Source: Candidatus Latescibacterota bacterium (GTDB lineage: Bacteria; Latescibacterota; UBA2968; UBA8231). From it: a DNA stretch of 64,000 bases. Both the position numbers and the translations under genes were made by a program. Of the stretch, positions 10,527 to 19,334 are shown piece by piece. Each line of letters opens with the position of its first letter. Within the stretch, counting starts at the first letter, position 1. The stretch covers positions 4,768,001 to 4,832,000 of the forward strand of contig OZ241362.1 of assembly GCA_965200315.1 (NCBI GenBank), read 5' to 3'. A model generated the notes under the pieces. The model saw nothing but the letters and a program-made list of their open reading frames with translations. It ran no database searches and was not told the origin of the DNA.

Positions 10527-11233
10527 CCGAGACGATAGCTTCGATACAGGCCAGCGCGGTGTGCCGAGGAATCACACGCCTTTGCCATTTCACGCCTTCT
10601 CACAATCTTGGACACATCGCAGAGGATCGCGTAGGGATTCTCGCCTCGAAGCATCTTGGGGAGAATGAAAAGGCTGTCTTCAATCCGACGGACTCAGGGC
10701 GCCTAGATGGTTATCCAGACCATGTGTGCTGCTCGATCCAGTACCCGAACGCTTGGTACTTCAGAAAAGCTCGCAGTCGGGGACCGCTATTTCGAGATTG
10801 GGTCATACTTCTAATCAAGCCTCGATACCTGTGGCAGGCTGGCGCGAAGTTCTGTCCCCGCAATGCGGCGGCCGAGCACGGGAGGCTTGTCAATGAAGGT
10901 GCAAAGGCATTCGAGGAGTTATTTGCCGACACCGGCGAAAGTACTTGCACGTACAGGCGTGACCGTCTTCATCCTGATTTCCTTCCTACCGACGAACAAG
11001 CCGAGGTGTTGATTCCGGATCACATCCGACGGGTAGATGTGATCGGCATCGCTGTTTGCGATGACGCACAGGCCCAACGGGAAGTGGCTCGGCTGAAGCT
11101 ACTTGGCCAGAGTCTATCACCGATCTTGATTGTTCCCGAGTTTTTCGACCCGAATAAGCTCAGTCAATTGCTACGTGCTGGTCGGGTTCCGGTCGAGCGC
11201 GAGCATCAACAAGGAGACCCTCATGGCCGATAA
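10523..11233 (+). CDS. darT: DarT (DUF4433) DNA ADP-ribosyltransferase, DarT1-like
   Basis: RGITRLCHFTPSHNL, DSGRLDG..CCSIQYPN, WVIL, FCPRNAA, TDEQAEVLI catalytic Glu; ATGA overlap with helicase stop. Confidence 0.85.
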   Translation: MTETIASIQASAVCRGITRLCHFTPSHNLGHIAEDRVGILASKHLGENEKAVFNPTDSGRLDGYPDHVCCSIQYPNAWYFRKARSRGPLFRDWVILLIKPRYLWQAGAKFCPRNAAAEHGRLVNEGAKAFEELFADTGESTCTYRRDRLHPDFLPTDEQAEVLIPDHIRRVDVIGIAVCDDAQAQREVARLKLLGQSLSPILIVPEFFDPNKLSQLLRAGRVPVEREHQQGDPHGR

Positions 11234-12890
11234 CAGCGATAGCCAAGCGTACGAACCGATCTTGCCGTTGCAGGCCAAAGCCGAGGGTGCCTTTCTTGCG
11301 CTCGCTGCTGGCGACGCGCTGGGCTGGCCCCAAGAAATAGCTCGAAACGTCCAAGGCAACCCTAAGAACAAAGGGGCACATGTAGAGTTCAAGGGATGGA
11401 CCCGGCGCAGTGGTGGGCGATTACGATCCTATGAGGAAAATATCTACGCCGGAAACTACAGCGACGATACGCAACTTACTCTCGCGGTCGCACGGAGCAG
11501 AACGGACCATGGCCTTGAATGGTGGAAAGCGTTTACGAAGGTGGAACTTCCGCTCTGGACGCTGTACGAACGGGGCGGGGGTGGGGCCACGAAGCGCGCG
11601 GCTAAAGCATGGGGCGAAGGTACATCTCCTTGGATGTCGGACAAGAACAATGGTGTTCGCCGATACTTTGAGGCTGGCGGCAACGGGGTCGCCATGCGTG
11701 TCCTACCCCATGCCTTGTTTCTCGCTGGGCAGGAAGATCCCGCCGACCTTATGTACGATGTCATTCTCGACGGCTTGGCTACCCATGGCCATCCTCGCGC
11801 ACTCGTCGGAGCAACCGTATATGCCTATGCCGCGTGGGTGCTGACCCGCAGGAGTGGTACGCTCCGGTTTGGCGAATTACTAGATATGCTGATTGATGCG
11901 TCACCTATATGGAGCAAATTCCCCAAGTCGGATCGCGATGGCGGGACTTGGTTTCCGGCCGCTAAAGGTGCGATAGGCGATCGGTACGAGTTGATTTGGG
12001 ACCAAACGATTGAGGAGATGCGAGAGTTACTCGCGAAAGCGCAAAGAGGGGTCCAAGCTGGTGCGCTCGCGGACGACCATGTGGTCTTGAAAGAACTAGG
12101 ATGTTTTGGTCGTTCTAAGGGTGCAGGAACCGTTAGCGCGGCTGCCGCCGTGTACCTTGTCGCACGGCATGCAGCACAGCCGGTACAGGCGATACTCAGA
12201 GCTGCCTTTGAGCAGGGCGCGGACACAGACACACTCGCGGCCATGACCGGAGGGCTGATGGGATGCTTGGCGGGTGTCGAATGGCTGCCGGCACCGTGGC
12301 TAAAAGTCCAGGATTCCGAATACCTCCGGAACATCGCCAGCCAAATTGCCTTAGGGCCGGACGGCGCGTCCCAGCATCCTGTAGAACCTCTTGCAAACCC
12401 TCAAGCTATCTTCTCTGACCTTGCTCGGAACGGAGACCGCGAAGTAGTCCTTGGCGGCTTAGAACGAGTTCGGGCAACGCCTCTGCCGATCCCAAAGCCA
12501 ATTGCCCGATCAATCACGGTCCAAGCATGGCAGCTAAAAACTTCCGATGGCCAGACCATGTATGTCACCAAGGTGGACCATTTGCGGGACGACAGGGCGA
12601 GCCATACGCTGGAGCCAACCCGTCCTACAACTCCCAAGCCAGCCAGCGCGAACGAGGCGGTGGAATCCGTTGGGGTCTCAAAGAACGCGCTCTACGTTGA
12701 GTTTTGCCGACAACTGCAAAGCCATCTAGAATCTAGGGCAATGAAAACCAAAGAAATAGAGAGTGCTTTGGACCTCGTTCCAAGCCAAGTCAAAAAATGG
12801 CTGAGCCGAGCCGAACAGGATGGACGGATTCGACGGATATCCAAAAAGCCCGCAGAATTCGCGCTATGTGACCAGAAGTTCCTGCAGTAA
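11223..12890 (+). CDS. ADP-ribosylglycohydrolase (DraG/ARH family) with C-terminal extension and winged-helix domain
   Basis: AAGDALG, YSDDTQLT, GNGVAMR, THGHP, ADTDTLAAMTGGL; RBS AAGGAG; 11-bp overlap with darT. Confidence 0.9.
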   Translation: MADNSDSQAYEPILPLQAKAEGAFLALAAGDALGWPQEIARNVQGNPKNKGAHVEFKGWTRRSGGRLRSYEENIYAGNYSDDTQLTLAVARSRTDHGLEWWKAFTKVELPLWTLYERGGGGATKRAAKAWGEGTSPWMSDKNNGVRRYFEAGGNGVAMRVLPHALFLAGQEDPADLMYDVILDGLATHGHPRALVGATVYAYAAWVLTRRSGTLRFGELLDMLIDASPIWSKFPKSDRDGGTWFPAAKGAIGDRYELIWDQTIEEMRELLAKAQRGVQAGALADDHVVLKELGCFGRSKGAGTVSAAAAVYLVARHAAQPVQAILRAAFEQGADTDTLAAMTGGLMGCLAGVEWLPAPWLKVQDSEYLRNIASQIALGPDGASQHPVEPLANPQAIFSDLARNGDREVVLGGLERVRATPLPIPKPIARSITVQAWQLKTSDGQTMYVTKVDHLRDDRASHTLEPTRPTTPKPASANEAVESVGVSKNALYVEFCRQLQSHLESRAMKTKEIESALDLVPSQVKKWLSRAEQDGRIRRISKKPAEFALCDQKFLQ

Positions 12891-12934
12891 AGATGTCCTT
12901 CCGAGTAGCAGTCAACCGTCGTTAGGGCGGTAAC

Positions 12935-14749
12935 ATGCCCCGCTGCGTAGCTAATTTTCATACTCCATACCTCGGCTGGCTCGTCTTCGCCCTCGCCCTC
13001 GCGGTGCGGGTCGCCTATATCCTCGAAGCAGATGCAAGTCCGCTTTTTGCACATCCGGCGGTCGATGCCAAGACGTACACCCACCACGCCCAGCGCTTGG
13101 CGGCGGGCAACTGGTTGGGCGTCGGCGAGGGGCCGTTTTGGCAGCCGCCGCTGTACCCGTACTTCCTCGGGGCGGTAAAGAGTCTTTTTCCAGAGTCATT
13201 TTTTTACGCCGTGCGCTTTGTGCAGGCTTTGCTAGGGGCGCTGGTCTGCGCGATGAGCTGGTGGCTCGGCCGCGCCTTGTTCAATCCGATGGTGGGGTTG
13301 CTGGCCGGGATTGGCGCGGCGCTGTGCGGGCCGCTGATCTTTTTTGACGGCGAGCTGTTGCCGGCTTCACTGGCCGCTTTCGTCGATCTGCTGGCCCTAG
13401 TGGTGCTTTTGCGCGTCTGGCGTCGTCCGAGCCGTTGGGGTTTTTTGGGTGCCGGGGCGGTCTTTGGCGTTGGTGCGCTGGCCGTGCCGACGGTGCTGAC
13501 TTTTGCGGTCGCCGTGCCCGTTGTCCTCTTGTGGCGTGCTCCCCGTCGGCCGGGTTTGGTCTGGGCCGGTGCGTTCTCGCTCGGAGTGGTTTTGGCTATC
13601 GCGCCGGTAGCTTGGCGCAACTGGGCCATCGGCGGCGACGGGGTGGGGATTTCCTACAACGCGGGGATCAACCTGTACATCGGCAACAACCCCGACTATG
13701 CAGAGACCGTGGCCATCCGCCCGGGGTGGGAATGGGACGATTTGGTCACCCAACCGGCGCGGGAGGGGGTTGAACAGCCCTCAGCTAAGTCGGCTTATTT
13801 TGCCTCGCGGGCTTGGGACTACATCCGCGGCGATCCGATTGGCTGGCTGGGGTTGATGGGGCGCAAGTTAGGGGCGTTTTGGCACGGCGACGAGCGAGGG
13901 CGCAACCAGCCGATCTACTTCTGGCGCACGTACTCCAAGGTGCTGTCGGCGACTCTGTGGAAAGCGGGCATTGCTTTCCCCTTTGGCTTGGTGGCCCCCT
14001 TGGCGCTGTGGGGCATGCTGCTGAGCGTGCGGCGGATCGGGCCGACGTGGCCGCTGCTATACGTGCTGTGCTATTGTCTGGGGGTGGTGGCGTTTTTTGT
14101 GGCGGCGCGCTACCGGGTGCCGGTGTTGCCGGTGCTCATAGCTTTTGCCGCCTACGGGTTGTGGGTGCTGTGGGACTGGGGACGAGCGGGCTGTGGGCGC
14201 AGCTTGGGGCTGGGGTTGGTTGTCTGCGCGGCCTTTGCGGTGGCGGCCAACAGCCATCTAGCGCCAATGGACATGCAAGGGGATGCGGCCATCCACTACA
14301 ATCTGGGCAATGCGTATGCCGAGGCTGGCGACAAAGAGCGGGCACTGGCGGCGTTTGAGCGGGCGGTGGCTGAGGACCCGGAGTACTGGCAGGCGTGGGT
14401 AAATCTGGGGGGGGTCAAGGCGGCACTGGGCGATATAGAAAGCGGTGGTGCCATTTTTGCGCGGGTGGCGCAAAAGGCCCCGCGGCAAGTCGAGCCGTGG
14501 ATGAACTTGGCGCACGTGCGGATCATGCAGGGCGATGCAAAAGGGGCGATACCAGCCTACGAGGCCGCGCTCGCGGCCAATCCGCGCCTCCTACCGGCCT
14601 ATGCGGAGATGATGGTCCTGTATGGACGGCTAGGTGCGCCCGCCGAGGCCGCCCGAGTGCTCAACCGCGCCGTGGAGCACCTGCCCGCCGAGCGCGAGCG
14701 GTTGGAGCGGCTATACGGACGGCTGCTCAAGGCGGCTGGACGACCTTGA
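12935..14749 (+). CDS. GT-C fold (GT39/PMT_2-like) glycosyltransferase with C-terminal TPRs
   Basis: DAKTY, QPPLYPYFL, multiple TMs, NLYIGNNP, RYRVP, TPRs (HYNLGNAY). Confidence 0.82.
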   Translation: MPRCVANFHTPYLGWLVFALALAVRVAYILEADASPLFAHPAVDAKTYTHHAQRLAAGNWLGVGEGPFWQPPLYPYFLGAVKSLFPESFFYAVRFVQALLGALVCAMSWWLGRALFNPMVGLLAGIGAALCGPLIFFDGELLPASLAAFVDLLALVVLLRVWRRPSRWGFLGAGAVFGVGALAVPTVLTFAVAVPVVLLWRAPRRPGLVWAGAFSLGVVLAIAPVAWRNWAIGGDGVGISYNAGINLYIGNNPDYAETVAIRPGWEWDDLVTQPAREGVEQPSAKSAYFASRAWDYIRGDPIGWLGLMGRKLGAFWHGDERGRNQPIYFWRTYSKVLSATLWKAGIAFPFGLVAPLALWGMLLSVRRIGPTWPLLYVLCYCLGVVAFFVAARYRVPVLPVLIAFAAYGLWVLWDWGRAGCGRSLGLGLVVCAAFAVAANSHLAPMDMQGDAAIHYNLGNAYAEAGDKERALAAFERAVAEDPEYWQAWVNLGGVKAALGDIESGGAIFARVAQKAPRQVEPWMNLAHVRIMQGDAKGAIPAYEAALAANPRLLPAYAEMMVLYGRLGAPAEAARVLNRAVEHLPAERERLERLYGRLLKAAGRP

Positions 14750-15131
14750 GCAGAGGCAGGAGTCGTTGCGGCCTAGGAAGTCTCGCGGCCTGGGTTCTCA
14801 ATCTCAAGGCAAAGTTCAATGACAACTTCCAACTGCTGACGAACTTCCTCTGGCGTATCTCCATGACAACAGTTCCCGCCGGCAATTGGCGCGTAGCCGA
14901 TGAAGCACTCGTCTTCGTCTGACCAGTAAATACGATAGAGACATTCGCGTCCCTTTTTCTCAACCCTGCCATCTTCAATAGTCGCTGGGGATGGAGAACC
15001 TCGTTCATCGTTTGACCTTTCTGAGACTTAGTTTAATGTCTCTTTCTTGATAAGGTTTGGCGTCCGCTCCTCGTTGGCCGGAAATCGTCACGATGACTCT
15101 CAAATTCAAGGCGGCTGGACGACCTTGAGCA
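14727..15131. repeat. 26-bp perfect direct repeat (14727-14752 and 15106-15131) bracketing a 353-bp insert
   Basis: TCAAGGCGGCTGGACGACCTTGAGCA at both positions. Confidence 0.92.
14773..14979 (-). pseudogene. HicB-like antitoxin lacking a canonical start codon
   Basis: Manual translation YRIYWSDEDECFIGYAPIAGGNCCHGDTPEEVRQQLEVVIE; not in ORF track; nearest ATG (15008) is out of frame. Confidence 0.7.
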
Positions 15132-16734
15132 CTTGGTTGGCGGCGACCCGTTCCAGCGTCTGGTGCGTCCCGTCCGGCCAGTAGATTTCCACTTGGACGC
15201 TCGTGGCCGCGCCCAGTCCGAAGTGCAGGCGCGGGTCGTGGCTGGACAGATAGCTGCCGCCCGATTGCCGCTCCTGCACTTGGCGCACCCCGCCAGCCAC
15301 AACCTCCACCCGCGTGCCGAGGGCGTCGGGGTGGGTTTTCCCCACCAACAGGATTTGTAGCCAGTGGCGGGCATTGCCGCCGTCGTTGCGCAACAGGCGC
15401 GGCCGGGCTGCTACCGTGGTGACTAGGAGGTCGAGGTCGCCGTCGTCGTCATAGTCGGCGACAGCCGTGGCGCGGCCGGCGTTGGCCCGTTGGAAATCCG
15501 GCCCCAACGCGGCTGAGACGTCGGCAAAGCGGCGGCCCGCGTCGTTGCGGAACATCTGGTTGGGTTGCCGATAGGTCTGGCTCGAATCCACTTCGGCAAT
15601 GCGGTCAATGACGTGGCCATTGGCGGCGAACAAGTCGAGGTCGCCATCGTTGTCGTAGTCGAAAAATTTGGTGCCAAAGCCGAGGGGCCGGTACGAGGGA
15701 TCGGCCAGCCCTAGGCGCTGGGTGGCGACGGCGAATTGGCCTTGGCCGTCGTTGCGGTAGAGGGCGTTGGTCTCAAAGGCGAAGTTGGTGACAAAAAGGT
15801 CGGCGTCGCCATCGCGGTCGTAGTCGCCAAAATCGACGCCCATGCCGGCGTCGGCATGCCCGTGCTCGTTGTAGCGGGTGCCGGCAATTAAGCCTACTTC
15901 GGCGAAAGTGCTGTGCTGGTTGGCGTAGAGGAAGTTCATGGTGCCGTCGTTGGCCACGTAGATGTCGGTGTCGCCGTCGCGGTCGTAATCGGCCAGCGCG
16001 ACGCCCAGCCCCTTGCCCTTGAGCGCGATGCCGGTGGCCTCAGTGACATTGGCGAAGGTATTGCCGTCGTTGCGGTAGAGGAGGTCGCCGGTGGGGTCGT
16101 ACACGCTCGGCTCGCAGTACGAGCGCACTTGACCTTGTTGGCAGACGGCCTCGTCGTCGAGCCCGTAGCGCACGTAGTTGGCGACGAACAGGTCGAGATC
16201 GCCGTCGAGATCGTAGTCGAGGAAGCCGGCACTGGAGCCCCAGCGCGGGTCTGCTAGGCCGGCCGACGTTTTGGCAAAGGTGCCTTGGTCGTTGCGGTAG
16301 AGGGCGTTGGGGCCGTAGTTGGCGACGAAGAGGTCGGGGTCGCCGTCGGCATCGTAGTCTGCGGCCGCGACGCCAAAGCCGTAGCCGGGGTCAGCACTGC
16401 CGCTGTGGGCGGTGACGTCGGCGAAAGTGCCGACGCCCGCGTTGCGATAGAGGCGGTTGACCGGCGGCAGGTCTGGGGGATGGCCGGTTAGGTAGGTGCC
16501 GTTGGCGAGGTAGAGGTCGAGGCGGCCATCGCCGTCGTAGTCGAGGAAGGCGGCTCCGGCACCGAAGGTTTCGACGTAGTAGTAGGAGCCGGAAAAGCCG
16601 TTGTAGTGGACGAAGTCGATGCCAGCGGCGGCTCCGGCGGCGGCGAAATGCACGGGCGGTGCTGGGGGGTCTTGGGGGGCGCAGGCGCAGAGGGTGCTGG
16701 CGAGGGCGAGACCCCATATTTTGTAGTACTCAAT
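15106..16734 (-). CDS. CRTAC1-family FG-GAP/VCBS repeat protein with ASPIC/UnbV C-terminus, probable lipoprotein
   Basis: Repeated DYDxDGDxDLFV, SGGSYLSSHDPRLHFGLG; frame extends above GTG 16653 to a lipobox-like LCAC; start uncertain. Confidence 0.85.
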   Translation of the reverse strand: MEYYKIWGLALASTLCACAPQDPPAPPVHFAAAGAAAGIDFVHYNGFSGSYYYVETFGAGAAFLDYDGDGRLDLYLANGTYLTGHPPDLPPVNRLYRNAGVGTFADVTAHSGSADPGYGFGVAAADYDADGDPDLFVANYGPNALYRNDQGTFAKTSAGLADPRWGSSAGFLDYDLDGDLDLFVANYVRYGLDDEAVCQQGQVRSYCEPSVYDPTGDLLYRNDGNTFANVTEATGIALKGKGLGVALADYDRDGDTDIYVANDGTMNFLYANQHSTFAEVGLIAGTRYNEHGHADAGMGVDFGDYDRDGDADLFVTNFAFETNALYRNDGQGQFAVATQRLGLADPSYRPLGFGTKFFDYDNDGDLDLFAANGHVIDRIAEVDSSQTYRQPNQMFRNDAGRRFADVSAALGPDFQRANAGRATAVADYDDDGDLDLLVTTVAARPRLLRNDGGNARHWLQILLVGKTHPDALGTRVEVVAGGVRQVQERQSGGSYLSSHDPRLHFGLGAATSVQVEIYWPDGTHQTLERVAANQVLKVVQPP

Positions 16735-16961
16735 CAGGCGAATTCGATGACGTCGAGGGTTTGGGACTGGGCTAGTTCCTTGCTCTGCTGGAGGAGTCGA
16801 TCCAGCGTCTTAGCGGTCTGGGCCGTCATATAGGTTTGATGACAATGGCGGCAATGGACCACCGGAACCTTATCCACTAGGAACGTATCGTTTTTGGGAC
16901 CGCATACTGGCGTCTTGTAGCGCAGCTTTGCGCCGTCTTTACCGCAGTAGTCGCAAATCAT
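16734..16961 (-). CDS. YgiT-type zinc finger / MqsA-like antitoxin
   Basis: MICDYCG...VDKVPVVHCRHCHQTY; RBS GGAGAG. Confidence 0.8.
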   Translation of the reverse strand: MICDYCGKDGAKLRYKTPVCGPKNDTFLVDKVPVVHCRHCHQTYMTAQTAKTLDRLLQQSKELAQSQTLDVIEFA

Positions 16962-16964
16962 GCG

Positions 16965-17130
16965 GTTTCTCTCCATTTGTGTTCGCCCGAGGTCAAATCC
17001 CGCTGACGGCAACAATGCGCCCCGTGAGGATAATGTGTTCTCCATCTAAAATGCTCAGCTCGTCGTCCTGTAATTCCTCGTAGGAATGATCGGGAACAAT
17101 ATACTCATTGGCGCGAATTTTGTCGCGCAT
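16965..17130 (-). pseudogene. DUF4258-type toxin, frameshifted and truncated
   Basis: MRDKIRANEYIVPDHSYEELQDDELSILDGEHIILTGRIV then shifted RQRDLTSGEHKW; sits directly upstream of the YgiT gene. Confidence 0.7.
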
Positions 17131-17303
17131 CTGATGAAGGATGTGAGCCGTTCCTTTGCACGGGACCAACTATATAGACCGCCACGTTTTCTTGCTGTGC
17201 GGCGATTGCTTCGTTTGCAGACGGACGAGTCCTCCCGCTTGCGCGATGTGGTTGCGGATTATTTAATGGTGGCGGCACTAACCACTAAACAGGAGGATGG
17301 ACG

Positions 17304-17495
17304 ATGCCATTTATCAATGTGAAGATGCTCGCGGGGCGTTCCACCGAGCAGAAGCGGGCCTTAGTCGAAGCCCTGACCGAGGCCATAGTGGATACCTGCA
17401 ACGCGCGCCGGGAGGGGACGACGGTAGTGCTTGAAGAATGCGAGCACGAGGACTGGGCAGTCGGCGGGGTGCTGGTGGCGGACCGGCCGCAATAA
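17304..17495 (+). CDS. 4-oxalocrotonate tautomerase family protein
   Basis: Pro1 after Met, GRSTEQKRAL, WAVGG; RBS AGGAGG. Confidence 0.9.
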   Translation: MPFINVKMLAGRSTEQKRALVEALTEAIVDTCNARREGTTVVLEECEHEDWAVGGVLVADRPQ

Positions 17496-17500
17496 CGAGG

Positions 17501-19060
17501 CTACGGCATATAGGCCAAAGCGACGGCGATCAGCATACCGAACGAAACCCAGCCTAGCAGGGCCTCGGCAACAGCGAGGAGTTTGAGCTTGCCCGTCGCG
17601 TCCCAAGCTCGGGAGTTGACGTGGATGAAGGTGTAGATGCTGAAGACGATGCAGTCGGCGAGGGTGGGCTGGCCTGCGCCGGAGGGGGAGCGCATGGAGC
17701 CGGAAGCTGCGCGGTACGCCAAGCCGCAGAGGAGGACAATGGCGAGCATGAAGGCGATTACTCGCTGGGGGGCCATGCCGTAGTCTGCACCCAGCCGCCA
17801 CAGTTCTAGGCCCCAGCGCGCTGGCTCGTGCCAAGCACGTGCGAGGCGCTGGTGGTCCATGCGTTCGGCGTGGCAGGCTGCGGCGTCGCCGTTCAAGCCT
17901 TGGGCTAGGAATTGGTGGTACAGAGCGGCGTAGGTTGGGTCGAGGGTGGCGGCGTGGGTTGAGTCGGCTGTGGCGAGATGGCCGGCTAGCTGGGGCCAGT
18001 GCGCTTGGAGGCGGCCAAAGCGCGGCTGGTGCAAGTAGAGTTGGCTGCCTGTGGCGAAGGTCGAATCCGTCCCGGCCGACCGCAGGTCGATCAGGGCGAA
18101 GGCGGCGCGGCTCAGGTCGAGGGAGCGGTTGAAGAAGGCCCCGAGGCGGATGACGCGGCCCTCGCTCTCGCTGAAGTCGGCCTCTTGGCGGAAATAAGTG
18201 CCATCAAAGCGCGCTTGGCCAAAGGTTGCACTGCGAAAGTGCGCTGCCCGTGCGAATGTGAAGTCGGCGAAGGACGCCTCGCCGCTGAACCGCGCTCGGT
18301 CGAAGGATACTTCTCCGTCGGCGCGTCCACTGGCGAAGGACACGTCCTCGGCGAAGTGCGCATCCCAAAACAGGGCCCGGTCGGCGAAGCGGACCCCGGC
18401 GAAAGATAAAGGCTGCGCCCAAGCGGTTTCCTTGAAGGAGGCGATTCCGGCGAAGGCGGCGTCGGTGAAGATGGCTGGCGCGGCAAAGGCGGCCTGCTCG
18501 AAATAGGCGGCGTTGTCGAATTGGGTCTGGGCGAAGTGGGTGTGCTGGCCGGCAAAGCGCGCCCCGACGAACGAGGTGACTCCGGCGAAGCGGCTTGCGG
18601 TTAGGTCGGCGTCGCCGAGGAAGTGGGTCTTTTGGAAGGTTGCGTGTTTGGCCAGATGGCTTGCGTGCAGGGCGAAAGCGGCGGTAAAGCGCACTTCGGC
18701 GAAGGAGACGCCACCGGCGAAATGGGTGTGTGCAAAGCGCACCGGGGCGAGGAACGCGACTTGGCTGAAGGACACCTCGTCGAGAAAATACACGTCCACC
18801 AAATCGAGGGAGACGCGCACGGTGTCGAGTCCTGAAGTTGGTGCAAACAGGCGTCCGCCAAAGGCGACTTGTCGGTGGACGATGGGCGGGCCGTGGGCTG
18901 GGCGTTGTAGTTGGGCGATCAGCGTCTCAATGGGGAGCAAGGGCAGGGTTTGGCCGGCGATGGTGGTATCGGGCGCGGGCGTCTGGGCGCTCAAGGCGCT
19001 GCTCAAAAAGAGCAAGGCGGAAAAAAGGAGCTTGGGCAGCATACGGGGTGTTGCGTTCAA
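17501..19060 (-). CDS. Pentapeptide-repeat protein with C-terminal two-TM ion-channel-like domain
   Basis: Signal peptide, AxFxxAxF repeats, DYG, TM - pore-helix-like FSIYTF - TM (EALLGW). Confidence 0.75.
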   Translation of the reverse strand: MNATPRMLPKLLFSALLFLSSALSAQTPAPDTTIAGQTLPLLPIETLIAQLQRPAHGPPIVHRQVAFGGRLFAPTSGLDTVRVSLDLVDVYFLDEVSFSQVAFLAPVRFAHTHFAGGVSFAEVRFTAAFALHASHLAKHATFQKTHFLGDADLTASRFAGVTSFVGARFAGQHTHFAQTQFDNAAYFEQAAFAAPAIFTDAAFAGIASFKETAWAQPLSFAGVRFADRALFWDAHFAEDVSFASGRADGEVSFDRARFSGEASFADFTFARAAHFRSATFGQARFDGTYFRQEADFSESEGRVIRLGAFFNRSLDLSRAAFALIDLRSAGTDSTFATGSQLYLHQPRFGRLQAHWPQLAGHLATADSTHAATLDPTYAALYHQFLAQGLNGDAAACHAERMDHQRLARAWHEPARWGLELWRLGADYGMAPQRVIAFMLAIVLLCGLAYRAASGSMRSPSGAGQPTLADCIVFSIYTFIHVNSRAWDATGKLKLLAVAEALLGWVSFGMLIAVALAYMP

Positions 19061-19194
19061 AAGCGCAGCGTGGCACCGGCTGACAAGGGTCCGCTAGCAT
19101 TCGGCACCACGCCGACGGGGATGCGGTGGGCTTTGGGCTTCGACTTGCGCTCAGCCGCAAGGGGCTTATGCGACTGCGCGGACAGGATTTTCAT
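19057..19194 (-). CDS. Putative 45-aa basic small protein
   Basis: MKILSAQSHKPLAAERKSKPK...; RBS GGAAGG; stop overlaps TTG start of next gene (TTGA). Confidence 0.35.
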   Translation of the reverse strand: MKILSAQSHKPLAAERKSKPKAHRIPVGVVPNASGPLSAGATLRF

Positions 19195-19334
19195 AGATAG
19201 CCTTCCCGTATTGCGTTGCTAGCAGCGTCCTCTGTGGTTCGGCAACTAGCGCCGCTAACTATAGCAATCCTACATGACTTGCAAGCATGGAACGTTCATC
19301 GGTATCGTCTGCGCTGGTTCCCGGCCGTAGGCCA

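Noticed and set aside
8783-12935. att sites or integrase bounding the DarT island
   Set aside because: No convincing flanking repeat, tRNA or recombinase found by eye.
17148-17159. 12-mer CCGTTCCTTTGC also found inverted at about 49430-49441, both near cargo edges
   Set aside because: Too short to exclude chance; no complete attC structure or integron integrase seen.
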